Positions 1-11,298 of a DNA stretch of 64,000 nt are shown here, piece by piece. The DNA comes from Roseibacillus sp. (GTDB taxonomy: Bacteria; Verrucomicrobiota; Verrucomicrobiia; Verrucomicrobiales; Akkermansiaceae). Within the stretch, counting starts at the first letter, position 1; each line of letters starts with the position of its first letter. The notes under the pieces were generated by a model. The model was given only the letters and a program-made list of their open reading frames with translations, searched no databases and was not told the DNA's origin. The position numbers and the translations under genes were made by a program. The DNA is taken from contig CBDEUM010000039.1 in assembly GCA_965242925.1 (NCBI GenBank), positions 130,714 through 194,713 of the forward strand. The letters are read 5' to 3'.

Positions 1-100
1 CGAGATTGTCGATGACAATGACGTCGTGCCCCGAGTCGCAGAGCAACTCGACGCACACGCTACCGATGTAGCCGGCTCCTCCGGTCACAGCAATTCTCAT
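1..100 (-). CDS. galE: UDP-glucose 4-epimerase (5' part only, runs off the window edge)
   Basis: Reverse complement of 1-100 reads [33 protein letters not shown], with the [12 protein letters not shown]-binding motif and IDNL typical of GalE. Not in the ORF track. Confidence 0.8.
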   Translation of the reverse strand, partial: MRIAVTGGAGYIGSVCVELLCDSGHDVIVIDNL

Positions 101-166
101 AAAAAGTCGGAGCCCCTACTAAACCGCGCGCTTCAGAGCTTGTCGAGCGTTCCCAAATTCAATTAC

Positions 167-202
167 TTGAAAGACTGGACCAGTTTCCCCCATACTCCTG
201 CC
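167..202 (+). promoter_or_regulatory. Putative sigma70 promoter for a leaderless transcript
   Basis: TTGAAA (167-172), 18 nt, CATACT (191-196), 6 nt, GTG start. Confidence 0.5.
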
Positions 203-2716
203 GTGGCACCGAATCTACACACGGGCATTCTGCTTGTATTCATCAGTGCGGTGTCGGTCTCCGCGGAACCTGCCGGGCAACTCGACCCCGCCCACGTTAG
301 CTTCTTCGAGAAGCGTGTGCGCCCCGTCCTGGTCAACCGCTGCTACCAGTGCCACTCGGCCGGGAAAAAGATCAAGGGAGGCCTCCGGCTCGACCACAGG
401 GAGGGCGTCGTCCGCGGTGGTGACAGCGGCCCCGTCATCGTTCCTGGCAATCCCGAAAAGAGCCTCCTCATCACCGCAATCCGGCATACCGATGATGATC
501 TCAAGATGCCGAAGAAGGAGAAACTCCCCGAACAGGAGATCGCGGCCCTGACTAAGTGGGTGACCCTTGGTGCTCCCGACCCCCGTGTAGAAGAAAGCGA
601 ACCCTTCAAGGCCGCTGAAATCGATTACGAGGAAGGACGCAAGTTCTGGTCCTTCATTCCCCCAGCCAGGCAGAATGCCCCAGCCGTGAAGGACACCAGC
701 TGGCCCCTCACTGAAATCGACCGCTTCATCCTCGCCGCCATGGAAGACAAGGGACTGGAACCGGTTGCCGACGCCGATCGCCGGACCCTGGTGCGACGAC
801 TCTACTTTGACCTCATCGGACTCCCGCCTACCATCGAGCAGATCAATGCCTTCCTCCATGACGAAGGCTCCATCCCCGAAGCAGTCGCCCGACTCGTCGA
901 CCAGCTCCTTGCTTCTCCCCATTTCGGAGAGCGCTGGGGACGGCACTGGCTCGACGTGGCCCGCTTCAGCGAGTCGAATGGGATGGAGCGCAATTTCACT
1001 TATCCCCATGCCTGGCGCTACCGCGACTACGTGATCGCTTCCTTCAACAAGGACAAGCCCTACAACCAGTTCATTCGCGAGCAACTGGCCGGCGATCTCC
1101 TCGACGAAACCAGCACCCCGGGCAGCACGCGCGAGGAACGCCTCACCGCCACCGGCTTCCTCGCCCTCGGCCCGAAGATTCTCAACGAGCGCGACAAGCA
1201 GGTCTTCCAGATGGAGATGGTCGACGAACAGATCGATGCCTCCACCCGGGCCGTGCTCGGATTGACCGTCAGCTGTGCCCGCTGTCACGATCACAAGTTC
1301 GATCCCATCGGAACCAAGGACTACTATGCCCTCGCCGGCATCTTCACCAGTAGCCGCACCCTTTACGGCACCAAGGGCGGTGGCGGCAACCGCCAGCCCG
1401 CCCAACTCCTTGCCGTCGGCGATGAGGATCCCGCCCAGGCCGCCGCCCGGGAAAACCACCAGAAAACCCTCAAGACCGTCCAGGGGAAACTCACCAAAAC
1501 CACCAAGCAATACCAGAACCTCAAGAAGCAGAGCGCCAGGAACAAGGGCAAGAAACCTGGCAATGCAAAGAAGAACAGCCCCGGGGAGAACACTACGGGA
1601 CCGGAAAAGCGCATGGCGGAGATGCGCAGTCAGATGGAAAACATGAAGAAGGAGGTCGCCCGGTTACGGAAGAGCGCCCCTCCTGACCCGGACTTTGTAA
1701 TGGGCGTCACCGAGGGGACCGCAGCCGATTGTCGAATCTGCCTGCGCGGCGACCCGAAGAAGCGCGGTCCTGCGGTGGAGCGGGGATTCCTCAATGTGAT
1801 CGCAGCGTCCAACCAGCCCCCCATCAATGATGAGTCCAGTGGCCGGCGCGAACTGGCTGAATGGATGGTAGCCCGCGAAAATCCCCTCGCGGCACGCGTG
1901 ATGGTGAACCGCATCTGGCACCACCTCTTTGGCGCCGGACTGGTCCGCACGGTCGACAACTTCGGGAAGATGGGGGAGACCCCTTCCAACCCAGCCCTGC
2001 TCGATCAGCTCGCGGTCAACTTCATGGAAAACGGCTGGTCAGTGAAGAAACTCATCCGGGAGCTCACCTCTTCCCGCATTTACCAGTTGAGCGGAAACCA
2101 CCATGAGAAGAACTACCAGCTCGACCCCGAAAACCGCCTCTGCTGGCAGATGAGCCGGCGCCGCCTCGGGGCCGAGGCCATCCGCGATGCCATCCTCCAG
2201 GCCGGCGGGCAACTCGAAACATCGCCATTCCCCGGCTCGGTGCTGCAGGAACTAGGTGACGTCAACTACGGCCGCAGCAATGCCGCGTCATTCGGCAAGG
2301 AGGTTGCCAGACACCGCAGCATCTACCTCCCCATCATCCGCAATGCCCTGCCGGAGGCTCTCCGGGTCTTCGACTTCGCTGAGCCCAGCCTCATCGTGGG
2401 GCGCCGCCAGATCACAACCGTAGCCACCCAGGCCCTCTATCTGCTCAACGATCCCTTCGTTCTTGAGCAGACCGATGCCATCGCCCAGCGCCTGATCGAC
2501 TTCAGCACAGAGGAAACGGAGCGCATTGACCTTGCCTACACCCTGACCCTCGGCCGTCCGGCCACCACCCTCGAACGCGAGCGCTCCCTCGCGCTGCTGC
2601 AGGATATTGGAGCCGGTCTCAGCACGCGAAGAACGACCAGGAATCGCCAACGCGTGGCCTGGGCCACCCTGGCCCAGGGCCTCATCGCCTCGGCGGAATT
2701 CCGCTATCTGAACTAG
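203..2716 (+). CDS. Planctomycete cytochrome c + DUF1549 + DUF1553 (PSD1) domain protein
   Basis: Signal peptide after GTG at 203; FFEKRVRPVLVNRCYQCH (heme), FGERWGRHWLDVARF, second heme motif CARCHDHKFDP, ARVMVNRIWHHLFG, C-terminal SAEFRYLN. The ORF-track start at 26 overlaps galE. Confidence 0.92.
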   Translation: MAPNLHTGILLVFISAVSVSAEPAGQLDPAHVSFFEKRVRPVLVNRCYQCHSAGKKIKGGLRLDHREGVVRGGDSGPVIVPGNPEKSLLITAIRHTDDDLKMPKKEKLPEQEIAALTKWVTLGAPDPRVEESEPFKAAEIDYEEGRKFWSFIPPARQNAPAVKDTSWPLTEIDRFILAAMEDKGLEPVADADRRTLVRRLYFDLIGLPPTIEQINAFLHDEGSIPEAVARLVDQLLASPHFGERWGRHWLDVARFSESNGMERNFTYPHAWRYRDYVIASFNKDKPYNQFIREQLAGDLLDETSTPGSTREERLTATGFLALGPKILNERDKQVFQMEMVDEQIDASTRAVLGLTVSCARCHDHKFDPIGTKDYYALAGIFTSSRTLYGTKGGGGNRQPAQLLAVGDEDPAQAAARENHQKTLKTVQGKLTKTTKQYQNLKKQSARNKGKKPGNAKKNSPGENTTGPEKRMAEMRSQMENMKKEVARLRKSAPPDPDFVMGVTEGTAADCRICLRGDPKKRGPAVERGFLNVIAASNQPPINDESSGRRELAEWMVARENPLAARVMVNRIWHHLFGAGLVRTVDNFGKMGETPSNPALLDQLAVNFMENGWSVKKLIRELTSSRIYQLSGNHHEKNYQLDPENRLCWQMSRRRLGAEAIRDAILQAGGQLETSPFPGSVLQELGDVNYGRSNAASFGKEVARHRSIYLPIIRNALPEALRVFDFAEPSLIVGRRQITTVATQALYLLNDPFVLEQTDAIAQRLIDFSTEETERIDLAYTLTLGRPATTLERERSLALLQDIGAGLSTRRTTRNRQRVAWATLAQGLIASAEFRYLN

Positions 2717-2740
2717 TCAGCCTGTCACTCCGTCCCAACC

Positions 2741-4115
2741 ATGTCCGACCTCCATTATCTGACCCGCCGCCGGGCTCTCCAGTCTCTCTCCGCCGGTTTC
2801 GGTTACATGGCCTTCACCGGGCTTGCTTCCCAGGCCAGCGGTCGACCCGCCCTCGCCACCAACCCCCTCGCACCCAGGAAGGCGCACTTCCCGGGGAAGG
2901 CCAAGCGGGTGATCTTCGCCTGCATGCGCGGAGGCCCGTCCCACGTGGACACCTTCGACTACAAACCGGAGCTCTCCGTCAACAATGGAAAGAAAATTGA
3001 CGGGCGTTCGATCATGGAGAGCCCCTGGAAGTTTGAGCCACGGGGCGAAAGCGGTCTCCCCATCTCGGAACTCTTCCCGCACCTCTCCCGGCACGCCGAT
3101 GACCTCTGCCTCCTCAACGGCATGTACGGCGACGTCCCCGCTCACCCACAGGCCTTTGTGCAACTGCACACCGGAAGTTTTCAATTCGCTGCGACCCTCC
3201 ATGGGATCGTGGGTCCTCTACGGCCTGGGAACCGAGAATGAGAATCTTCCCGGCTTTATCAGCCTCTCTCCCCCGGCCCGCGTGGGCGGGGCCCAGAATT
3301 ACGGCAGCGCCTTCCTCCCCGCCCTCTACCAGGGCACGGCCATCGGTGCCCTCGGGCGTCCCATCAAGGATGCCAACCTGCAGAATCTCGAGAGCAAGCG
3401 CCTCACCAGCGACCTCCAGCGCCGCCAGATCGACTTCATCCAGGAGATGAATCGCGACCTGAAAAACCGGCAGGACACCAACAACCAGATCGACGGGGTG
3501 ATCAAGTCCTACGAGCTGGCCTTCCGCATGCAGGCCGCCGTCCCCGAGGTGATGGACCTCGCCAAGGAACCCGAGGAGATGAAGGACAAGTACGGCATCG
3601 GTCAACCCGGGACCGATGACTTCGGCCGCCAGTGTCTCCTCGCCCGCCGCCTCGCCGAATCTGGAGTCCGCTTTATCGAGCTGGGACACGGCAACTGGGA
3701 CCAGCACGGGGGCCTGCGCAAGAACCTTGCCAAGAACTGCACTGGCATCGACCAGCCCCTGGCCGCCCTCCTCGAGGATCTCAAGGAGCGTGGCATGCTG
3801 GATGAGACCCTCGTCATCTGGGGTGGAGAATTCGGCCGGACCCCTCATGTGAAGAAGCAGGACGGGCGCGATCATAATCACAAGGGCTTCACTTTCTGGA
3901 TGGCGGGCGGCGGCATCAAGGGCGGCCTGCGTTTTGGTGCCACCGACGAGAACGGAATCGCGGCCGTGGAAAACCGAACCCACTTCCACGACCTGCACGC
4001 CACCATTCTCCATCAACTCGGCCTCAATCACGAAGAACTCACCTATCGTTATGCCGGTCGCGACTTCCGCCTTACTGACGTCCACGGCAAGGTCCTGAAG
4101 GACATCCTTGCCTAG
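2741..4115 (+). CDS. DUF1501 family protein with Tat signal; one +1 frameshift at ~3189 (probable sequencing error)
   Basis: TRRRAL Tat motif, GGPSHVDTFDYKP, WDQH, EFGRTP, GRDH, HDLHATILH. Removing the C at 3189 restores HTGSFQFVRPSMGSW. Confidence 0.9.
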
Positions 4116-4545
4116 CGTCCGGCCTGTTAAAACCTGCTCCCTGCCTTCAGACGGATCAGTTCAATCGACACGTCCGCGTCGGAGGCCCATAGTCCAGCCT
4201 GCCTGCCACTCGTGAGTTCCGCTCATGTGTCGTCCACCAGGCCTCCGCCACGAGACTCTCCTGTTAGGCCCGGAAGCCCGGTGGGCATTTCGGGGCAACG
4301 CTTCTCAGGCATCCTCCCACCTTGAGGATGAGCACCCCGGCAGACCACTTCCACCGAATGCCCATGCCACCCTTCCACCACCAACCGTTCGTCTTGCCCC
4401 TCAAAACCCTACTCGAACGGGTAAGTCCCGGGTTCAAAATGCCTCCATTTCCACCCTGCCCCCCCGGATCTAATTGACGAATTGAGGCTCAGGAGTTTAG
4501 CGTTTTCCGATAATCAGACCAACAAGCTAACCCCCACTCGATCTG

Positions 4546-7500
4546 ATGCCCCTGCTCTCTCATTTCGCGGCGTTCGTGTTCCTGTGCGCTCTCTCACTGT
4601 TCCCCGCTTCTCTTCAGGCCCTCACCGTTCTCGGAACCGGAACGGGCGCCCTTCTCGGCGGAGATCTCACCGACCCGGAAGACGATGGTAATGATGGCAA
4701 CGGCAGCGGCTTCAATTGGCTCTCCACCGCCGCCTCTTCCGAGAACAACTTCGGAGGCGAGGGCGCCCTCGACGTCTTCGACAACCAGGTCGGATCCGGC
4801 AACACCAAGTGGTGCTGCAACGCTCCGCCCCAGTGGGTCGCCGTGCAACTCGACAAGCCCTACGTCCTCACTCACTTCACCCTCGCGGCAGGAAATGATG
4901 TCCCCAGCCGCGATCCCAACATCTGGTCCATTGAGGGATCAAATGATGGGACCAACTGGACCCCGATTTACCAATGGACCAGCGGAGTCTCTCCCTTTTC
5001 CAATCGCCTTGAAGTCATTCGCTTCGACGGCAACGGCCAGGACTTCGCCTCTCCCGCCCCCTTCAGCTGGTTCCGCTACCGTGTGACCTCCACTGACAGC
5101 GGCCACCAACTCAATGAACTGGAACTCTTCGGCGTTCCGGTAGTGGTCTTCAACGACTTCTCGATCGACAAGCCTCTTATCCCCACCGGCGAGCCCATCA
5201 CTCTCTCCTGGGATCTCGACCCGGGCGTAACCAGCATTTCCATCGACAACGGCGTGGGAGACGTCACCGCTCAGACTTTCAATGGTATCGGACAGATCAC
5301 CCTCAATCCCGGTCCCGGCAGCAATACCACCTACACCATGACCGCGATCCACCCGGAGTCGACCGCGCAGCAATCAGTCCATGTCACGGTCACCAATCAA
5401 CCCATCATCAATTCCTTCGCCGCCACCCCGGCCGTCATCGCTCCCGGGGGATCCACCACCCTCCGGTGGGATGTCTTCAACATCAGCTCCCTAGATCTAA
5501 ACGGCAGCGACGTGACCGGACAGACAAGTCTGGCGGTCAGCCCCGCCAGCACCACCGTCTACACCCTGACCGCCAGCAATCCCAATGGCTCCGACGTCGC
5601 CAACCTGAACGTCACCGTGGTCGTGCCCGGTGAGCCCATCATCAGCGAATTCATGGCGTCCAACGGAGGCGCCTCTATCGTGGACGAAGACGGCGATTCT
5701 TCGGACTGGATCGAAATCCACAACCCCAGCGGGAACATCGCCATGCTTGACGGCTACTACCTCACTGATGATCCGGGCGACCTTCAGAAGTGGGCGTTCC
5801 CCGCCGTCAATCTGGCCCCCCTCGACTACCTCATCGTCTTTGCCTCCGGAAAGGACCGGGTCAACCCCGCCTCCGAGCTGCACACCAACTTCAACCTGGA
5901 CGCCAACGGCGAGTATCTCGCCCTCGTCAACCCCGATGGCGTCACCATCGTGAGCGAATTCGGCCCGGCCGGCACTGATTACCCGGAGCAGGAAGCCGAT
6001 CTCTCCTTCGGCAACTTCGGGAATCCTCCCCAGCCCGGATATTTCGACACTGCCACCCCGGGTGCAGCCAATAACGTCGGCTTCCTCGGCTTCGTGGCCG
6101 ACACCAAGTTCGACCTCAACCGCGGGTTCTACAACAGTCCCCAGTCGGTCACCATTAGCACCGCCACGCCTGGTGCCTCCATCCGCTACACCACCGATGG
6201 ATCATGGCCCAGCGAGACCTCCGGCACGCTCTACTCCGGTCCCGTTCTCATCAATCGCACCACTCCCCTGCGCGCCATCGCCTACAAGGCCAGTCATCGT
6301 CCCACCAACGTCGACACCCACACCTACATTTTTGTCGACGACATCATCACCCAGAGGTCCTCCACCACCCAGTCGATTTGGGGATTCCCCTCCAGCTGGG
6401 ATGGCAACTCGGTCGACTACGGCATGAACTCCAGCGTGGTTTCCCTTCACAACCGCACCATTCGCAATGATCTCAAGACCGTGCCCACGCTCTCCATCGC
6501 GATGGACTCGGACGACCTCTTCGGAAGCAGAGGGGTCTACTCTCATCCCCAAAACAGCGGCGTGAGCTGGGAACGGGCCACCTCGCTCGAACTGATCGAT
6601 CCCGCCAATCCCGACGGCAGCAGCGACTTTCAGCACAACTGCGGCATCCGCATCCAGGGCGGAGCCTTCCGCAGTTTCGGACTGACCCGCAAGAAGTCCT
6701 TCCGCGTCCTCTTCAAGGACATCTACGGGACCAGTAAGCTGCGCTATCCCTTCTTCGGGCCCACCGCAGCCCAGCAGTTCGATACCCTGATTTTCCGCAT
6801 GGAGTCCAATGACGGCTACCAGTGGGGCAACCGGACCAACGTGCAGTACGCCCGCGATGAATTCGGGCGCCGCTCGCAGCTCGCCATGGGCAGCCCTTCC
6901 CCCACGGCCGCTTCATGCACATCTACCTCAATGGCGTCTACTGGGGACTCTACAACGTGGTCGAACGGCCCGACGACTCTATGGGCGAAAACTATTTCGG
7001 CGCCCGCAAGGAAGACTGGGATGGCGTCAACTCCGGCAATGCCACCAACGAGGGAAGCACCTCCTCCTGGAACCGGCTCAAGAGCCTGGCAAGCGGTATT
7101 CCCAACGCGGGCAGTGAGTCCTCCCGCACTGCCATCTACATGGAAGCCCAGGGCCTCAATCCCGACGGCACCGACAACCCGACAAAGGCCGACTACATCG
7201 ACATCGACAACTACATCGATTACCTCCTCGTCAACTGGTACATGGGCAATAACGACTGGCCCCACAAGAACTACTACCATGGTCGCGAACGTGACCTTCT
7301 CGACAACGCGCCCTTCACCGGCACCCGTAGCAGCAGCGGAACGCACTTTTTCTGCTGGGACGCCGAATGGGCCCTCTTTCTCAATTCAAGCAGCGACAAG
7401 ACCGGTTCGACCTCCGGGGTGGCCGAGCCCTACGGAGACCTCCGCAGCAGCAGGGAATTCCGCGTGCGCTTCGGGGACCGGGCCCACCGCGCCCTCTTCA

Positions 7501-9476
7501 ACGACGGCGCCATGACCCCGCAGAAGTGCCTCGATCGCTACGCCGAGATCTGCCAGGACCACCAGAGCATCCTCATCCCCGAGCTCGCCCGCTGGGGCGA
7601 TCAACACGGCACCCAGCGCACCATTCAGCACTGGATCAACGAGTACAACCACATTCGCGACGACTGGCTCGCCACCCGCACCCCGGAGTTCGTGAGCGTC
7701 CTGCAGGGCGCCAACCTCTACCCGCAGCTCGGTGCAGTAACCTACAGCCAACATGGAGGCAACACCCCTGCCGGAGGCGTCACCATGTTCACCGACGCCG
7801 ATACCATCTATTATACCCTGGACGGCACCGACCCACGCCTCATCGGTGGAGGCATCCGGCCCGGGACTCTCAACGCCACCTTCGGCGGCGGAGGCCCGAC
7901 TTCGCAGACCTTCATGACCACCGGTCATTCCTGGAAGTACTGGGACCAGGGCACAGACCCCGGTGCCGGTTGGAAACTGGTCGGATTCAATGACAACGCC
8001 TGGCCAAGCGGTCCCTCCCAGCTCGGTTATGGCAGCAACGATGAAGGCTCCGGCACCACCGTAAGCTTCGGCCCCAATTCGGGTGCCAAGTATGCTGCCA
8101 CCTACTTCCGTACCACCGTTAATATCCCCGACCCATCGGTCTACGACCACTTTCTCCTGCGCGTGAAGTACGACGATGCCTGCGGACTCTACGTCAATGG
8201 CACCCCGGTCGTGCTCACCTCCAACCTGCCCAACGGCGCGAACTCCGCCTTCAATCAGTATGCCAATCGCACTGTTTCAAATGAAGACGCCTGGAAGGAC
8301 TTTACCGTTCCCACCAGTGACTTCGTGGCTGGCACCAACACCCTCGCCGTGCAGATCCACCAGGCAAGCGGAGGCAGTTCCGACATCCGCCTCGATGTGA
8401 CCCTGCGCGGGGAGATCACACCGGTGGGTGGCGGCAGCAACGAAAGCGATCCCATCTTCTTCTCCGACCACACTGTGCTTACCGCCCGCTCCTACGACTC
8501 CGGCTCGGGCGAATGGAGCGCCCTCAACCAGGCCCTCTTCACCGTCGATGTCATCCCGGCTGACAGCAGTTCCCTCGTCATCTCGGAGATCAACTACCAT
8601 CCCTACCAACCGATCGCGCCAGGGGAAGTCGCCATCTCGACAGACCGCGACGACTACGAGTTCATCGAGTTCCTCAACGTAAGCGGCTCTACTCTCGACC
8701 TGACCGGTGTCCGTTTCGATGCCGGAATCACCTTCACCTTTGCCGACAACACCTTCCTTCCCTCCGGCCAGCGCCTCCTGATCGTACGTGACCTGGCCGC
8801 CTTCCTCGAGCGCTACCCCGGTGCAGACTCCGCGAATATTGGTGGCGTCTATTCCGGCCGGCTCAGCAATGACGGCGAACACATCCTCCTCACCGGTCCG
8901 GGTGGAACGATCCACGACTTCACCTACAACGACCAACTCCCCTGGTCCACTGCCGCCGACGGGGCCGGCCCCAGCCTGGTCCTGGTCAATCCCTCTGGAG
9001 ATCCGGACCACGACCAGGCTGCCAGCTGGACTGCCAGCCGGAACCCGGGCGGTTCTCCCGGAACGACGGAGTCCAGCGGGGTGGACTATGCCTCTTGGGC
9101 TGCCACCAGCAATGTTCAGGGTGGACCCAACGATGATGATGACCACGACACCATCAGCAACTTCATGGAGTTCCTCCATGGTTCGCGCCCGGATGCTGCC
9201 GGTGATGCTCAGGGACTGCAGGTCAGCGCACAGAGACTTGAGGTCAACGGTGAAGAGGGAGACTACCTCGTCATCACCTACCAGAAAAACCTCAACGCCC
9301 TGGGCACTCTCACCATCGAACTCTCCAGCGATCTCATCACCTGGAACTCCGGTTCCAACCTGACCGAACTCCTGACACAGGTCGACAATGGAAACGGCAC
9401 CGCCACCGTAACGGTACGCCTGAAGAACCCGGTGCGTAGCCCTGGCAAATCCTTCACCCGGTTACGAGGAGAGTAA
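4546..9476 (+). CDS. Large secreted multidomain protein: discoidin-like, Ig-like repeats, lamin-tail domains, Fn3-associated, CotH kinase, jelly-roll, C-terminal domain; -1 frameshift at ~6888-6890
   Basis: Signal peptide; IISEFMASN..DEDGDSSDWIEIHN (LTD); IRYTTDGS; GIRIQGG..KKSFR, YWGLYNVVERPD, NNDWPHKNYY, WDAE (CotH). Adding one G to GGG joins ORFs 4546 and 6915 as MGQPFPHGRFMHIYLNG. Confidence 0.88.
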
Positions 9477-9766
9477 TCCTGCAGGTTCAAAGGATCTCCG
9501 GGAGAAAGGAGTCTGCCATTCGATGAGGCTATCTTGACCCGGAGTGAGTTTCCCTCCCGGCAGGCTGCTCCGGCAACTGCAGTGATCCTGGGGAAGGGGC
9601 CACGATTCGACTGTCCATGCCGCCGTCATCAGGCAGCGTCATGAAACAGGCCCTTGTCTTGCCATGACAGGACTGTGTGATTGAAAGAGGTTCGGATTTC
9701 TACGGTAACTTCGCGAAGCACATGAAAATTCACCCCCCCGGCCCCACATGGTCCTGAACAGCATCG

Positions 9767-10699
9767 TCACCCGGTGATCCGGGACAACATGTCGTCAATT
9801 TCCCCTCTGACCGGCATCGCCTCCTGTGCACCCGGCCTGAGGGTGGCGAGGGCGGCAGCGGTGTTCGCCATCCTGACGGAATCCAACAGCCCGAGACCCT
9901 CCGCATGGGCGAGAGCAAATACACCGGCAAAAGTGTCCCCGGCACCCACCGTATCGACGGGCGAGACCGAAGGAGGCTCCGCCTCCAAAGTCCGGCCCTC
10001 CGTGAGGACGCACGTGGATTGTGCCCCACGCGTCACAATGATTGCCTCACATCTTTCCTGGATGCAGGCCATCCCGTTTCCAGACCGCAACCCCTCCTCT
10101 TCCCGCTCGTTGACGATGAGAATGTCAAATGGGATGTTCCTCTCCATACTCTCCGGGTCCCACGGGGACGGATTGAAGATCACGGTCGCGCCCGCCTCCT
10201 TTGCCACTCCGGCTGCACGCGCCACGGCATCGAGGGGACACTCCAACTGCAGGAGGGTCACCGCTGAATCCCTGAAGTGACTCACAAGTCCATCCATCCT
10301 TGCCTCGGTAAGCTCGTGGTTCGCACCAGGATGCACGACAATGGTGTTCTCCCCTTCCCCGTCCACCGTGATAAAGGCCGTCCCCGTTGGTTCGGCCCCT
10401 GCCAGCACCCCGGCGTGATCGATACCCTCTCCCGCAAGATAATCGCGATAGCGCTTCCCGGGTTCATCGTTGCCTAGACACCCGATCATCCGCACCCGGG
10501 CACCCGCCCGCGCAGCCGCCACCGCCTGATTCGCTCCCTTCCCTCCAAACGCAGTCAACGCCTGCGAGGCCGTCAGGGTTTCCCCCGGCCCCGGGAAACG
10601 GGACACCCGAAAGGTGAGGTCGACATTCAGGGAGCCCACCACCGAGATTAGGGGAGCCTCCTTCACAACCTCCTCAAAGAAGGAACCAGCCTGTCCCAC
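9767..10699 (-). CDS. rbsK: Ribokinase (PfkB family); start may be the GTG at 10666
   Basis: VVGSLNVDL, FGGKGANQAVAAAR, LLQLE, NPSP, VDTVGAGDTF. Confidence 0.9.
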   Translation of the reverse strand: MGQAGSFFEEVVKEAPLISVVGSLNVDLTFRVSRFPGPGETLTASQALTAFGGKGANQAVAAARAGARVRMIGCLGNDEPGKRYRDYLAGEGIDHAGVLAGAEPTGTAFITVDGEGENTIVVHPGANHELTEARMDGLVSHFRDSAVTLLQLECPLDAVARAAGVAKEAGATVIFNPSPWDPESMERNIPFDILIVNEREEEGLRSGNGMACIQERCEAIIVTRGAQSTCVLTEGRTLEAEPPSVSPVDTVGAGDTFAGVFALAHAEGLGLLDSVRMANTAAALATLRPGAQEAMPVRGEIDDMLSRITG

Positions 10700-10718
10700 C
10701 GGAATACGTCCCCTTGCC

Positions 10719-11258
10719 TCACTTCCTGCTCAACTGCCCCAGGGCGTGAGTGATGGCAACCTTGGCGTGCCCCTGCGCGTCCTTGCGAGCTCCTTCCAGG
10801 ATCTTCTCCGTAGCACTGCCCATTGAAACCATCACCGCCGTCACCGCATCAAGGACCAGCGGATCATCGTCTTTCAAAAGGGGCGCCAGCCTTGGTGCGA
10901 GAGACGCCCCGGCAACGTAGCGCAGCTGTTGCAGCAGAAAACTTCGCACCGTGCCCGGACGATCACCCAGGGCAACCGACGCGTAGATCTCCGTCAGGAT
11001 CTTCCGGTCATTCGCACGGGCGGGAACGCTGCAGTGCGTGGCCAGTTGGTGCAGCAGCAGGCGCTCCTGCCAGTCCTCCCCGCTGTCCACCTCCTTCAGG
11101 CCGTCAATAAGTTCCCTGACCGCATTCATTCCCTCCTTCAGAATGTCAGCTACCAGCCTGTCACCCTCCTCCTTCTTGATTCCTCCCCACCTGCTGTTTC
11201 TCAGAGCCGGCAAGCGCTCCACGAAAACGCTCCGTTTGATCTTGGTTTCTTCTGCCAT
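10719..11258 (-). CDS. HEAT-repeat-like helical hypothetical protein
   Basis: MAEETKIK start; VRSFLLQQLRYVA..LAPLLKDDDPLVLDAVTAVMVSMG is HEAT-like. Co-oriented between the oxidoreductase and ribokinase. Confidence 0.65.
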   Translation of the reverse strand: MAEETKIKRSVFVERLPALRNSRWGGIKKEEGDRLVADILKEGMNAVRELIDGLKEVDSGEDWQERLLLHQLATHCSVPARANDRKILTEIYASVALGDRPGTVRSFLLQQLRYVAGASLAPRLAPLLKDDDPLVLDAVTAVMVSMGSATEKILEGARKDAQGHAKVAITHALGQLSRK

Positions 11259-11298
11259 TGTTCCAATTCGTTGCTGACTTAAATCCAGGATCCCAATC

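Noticed and set aside
26..202. N-terminal extension of the first ORF
   Set aside because: It is the antisense of the galE start plus intergenic DNA; the signal peptide and promoter point to the GTG at 203.
4281..4365. Nested inverted repeats (TGGGCATTTCGG/CCGAATGCCCA, CATCCTC/GAGGATG) in the intergenic gap
   Set aside because: Short, imperfect and partly competing pairings in GC-rich DNA; no riboswitch motif recognised and no second copy seen.
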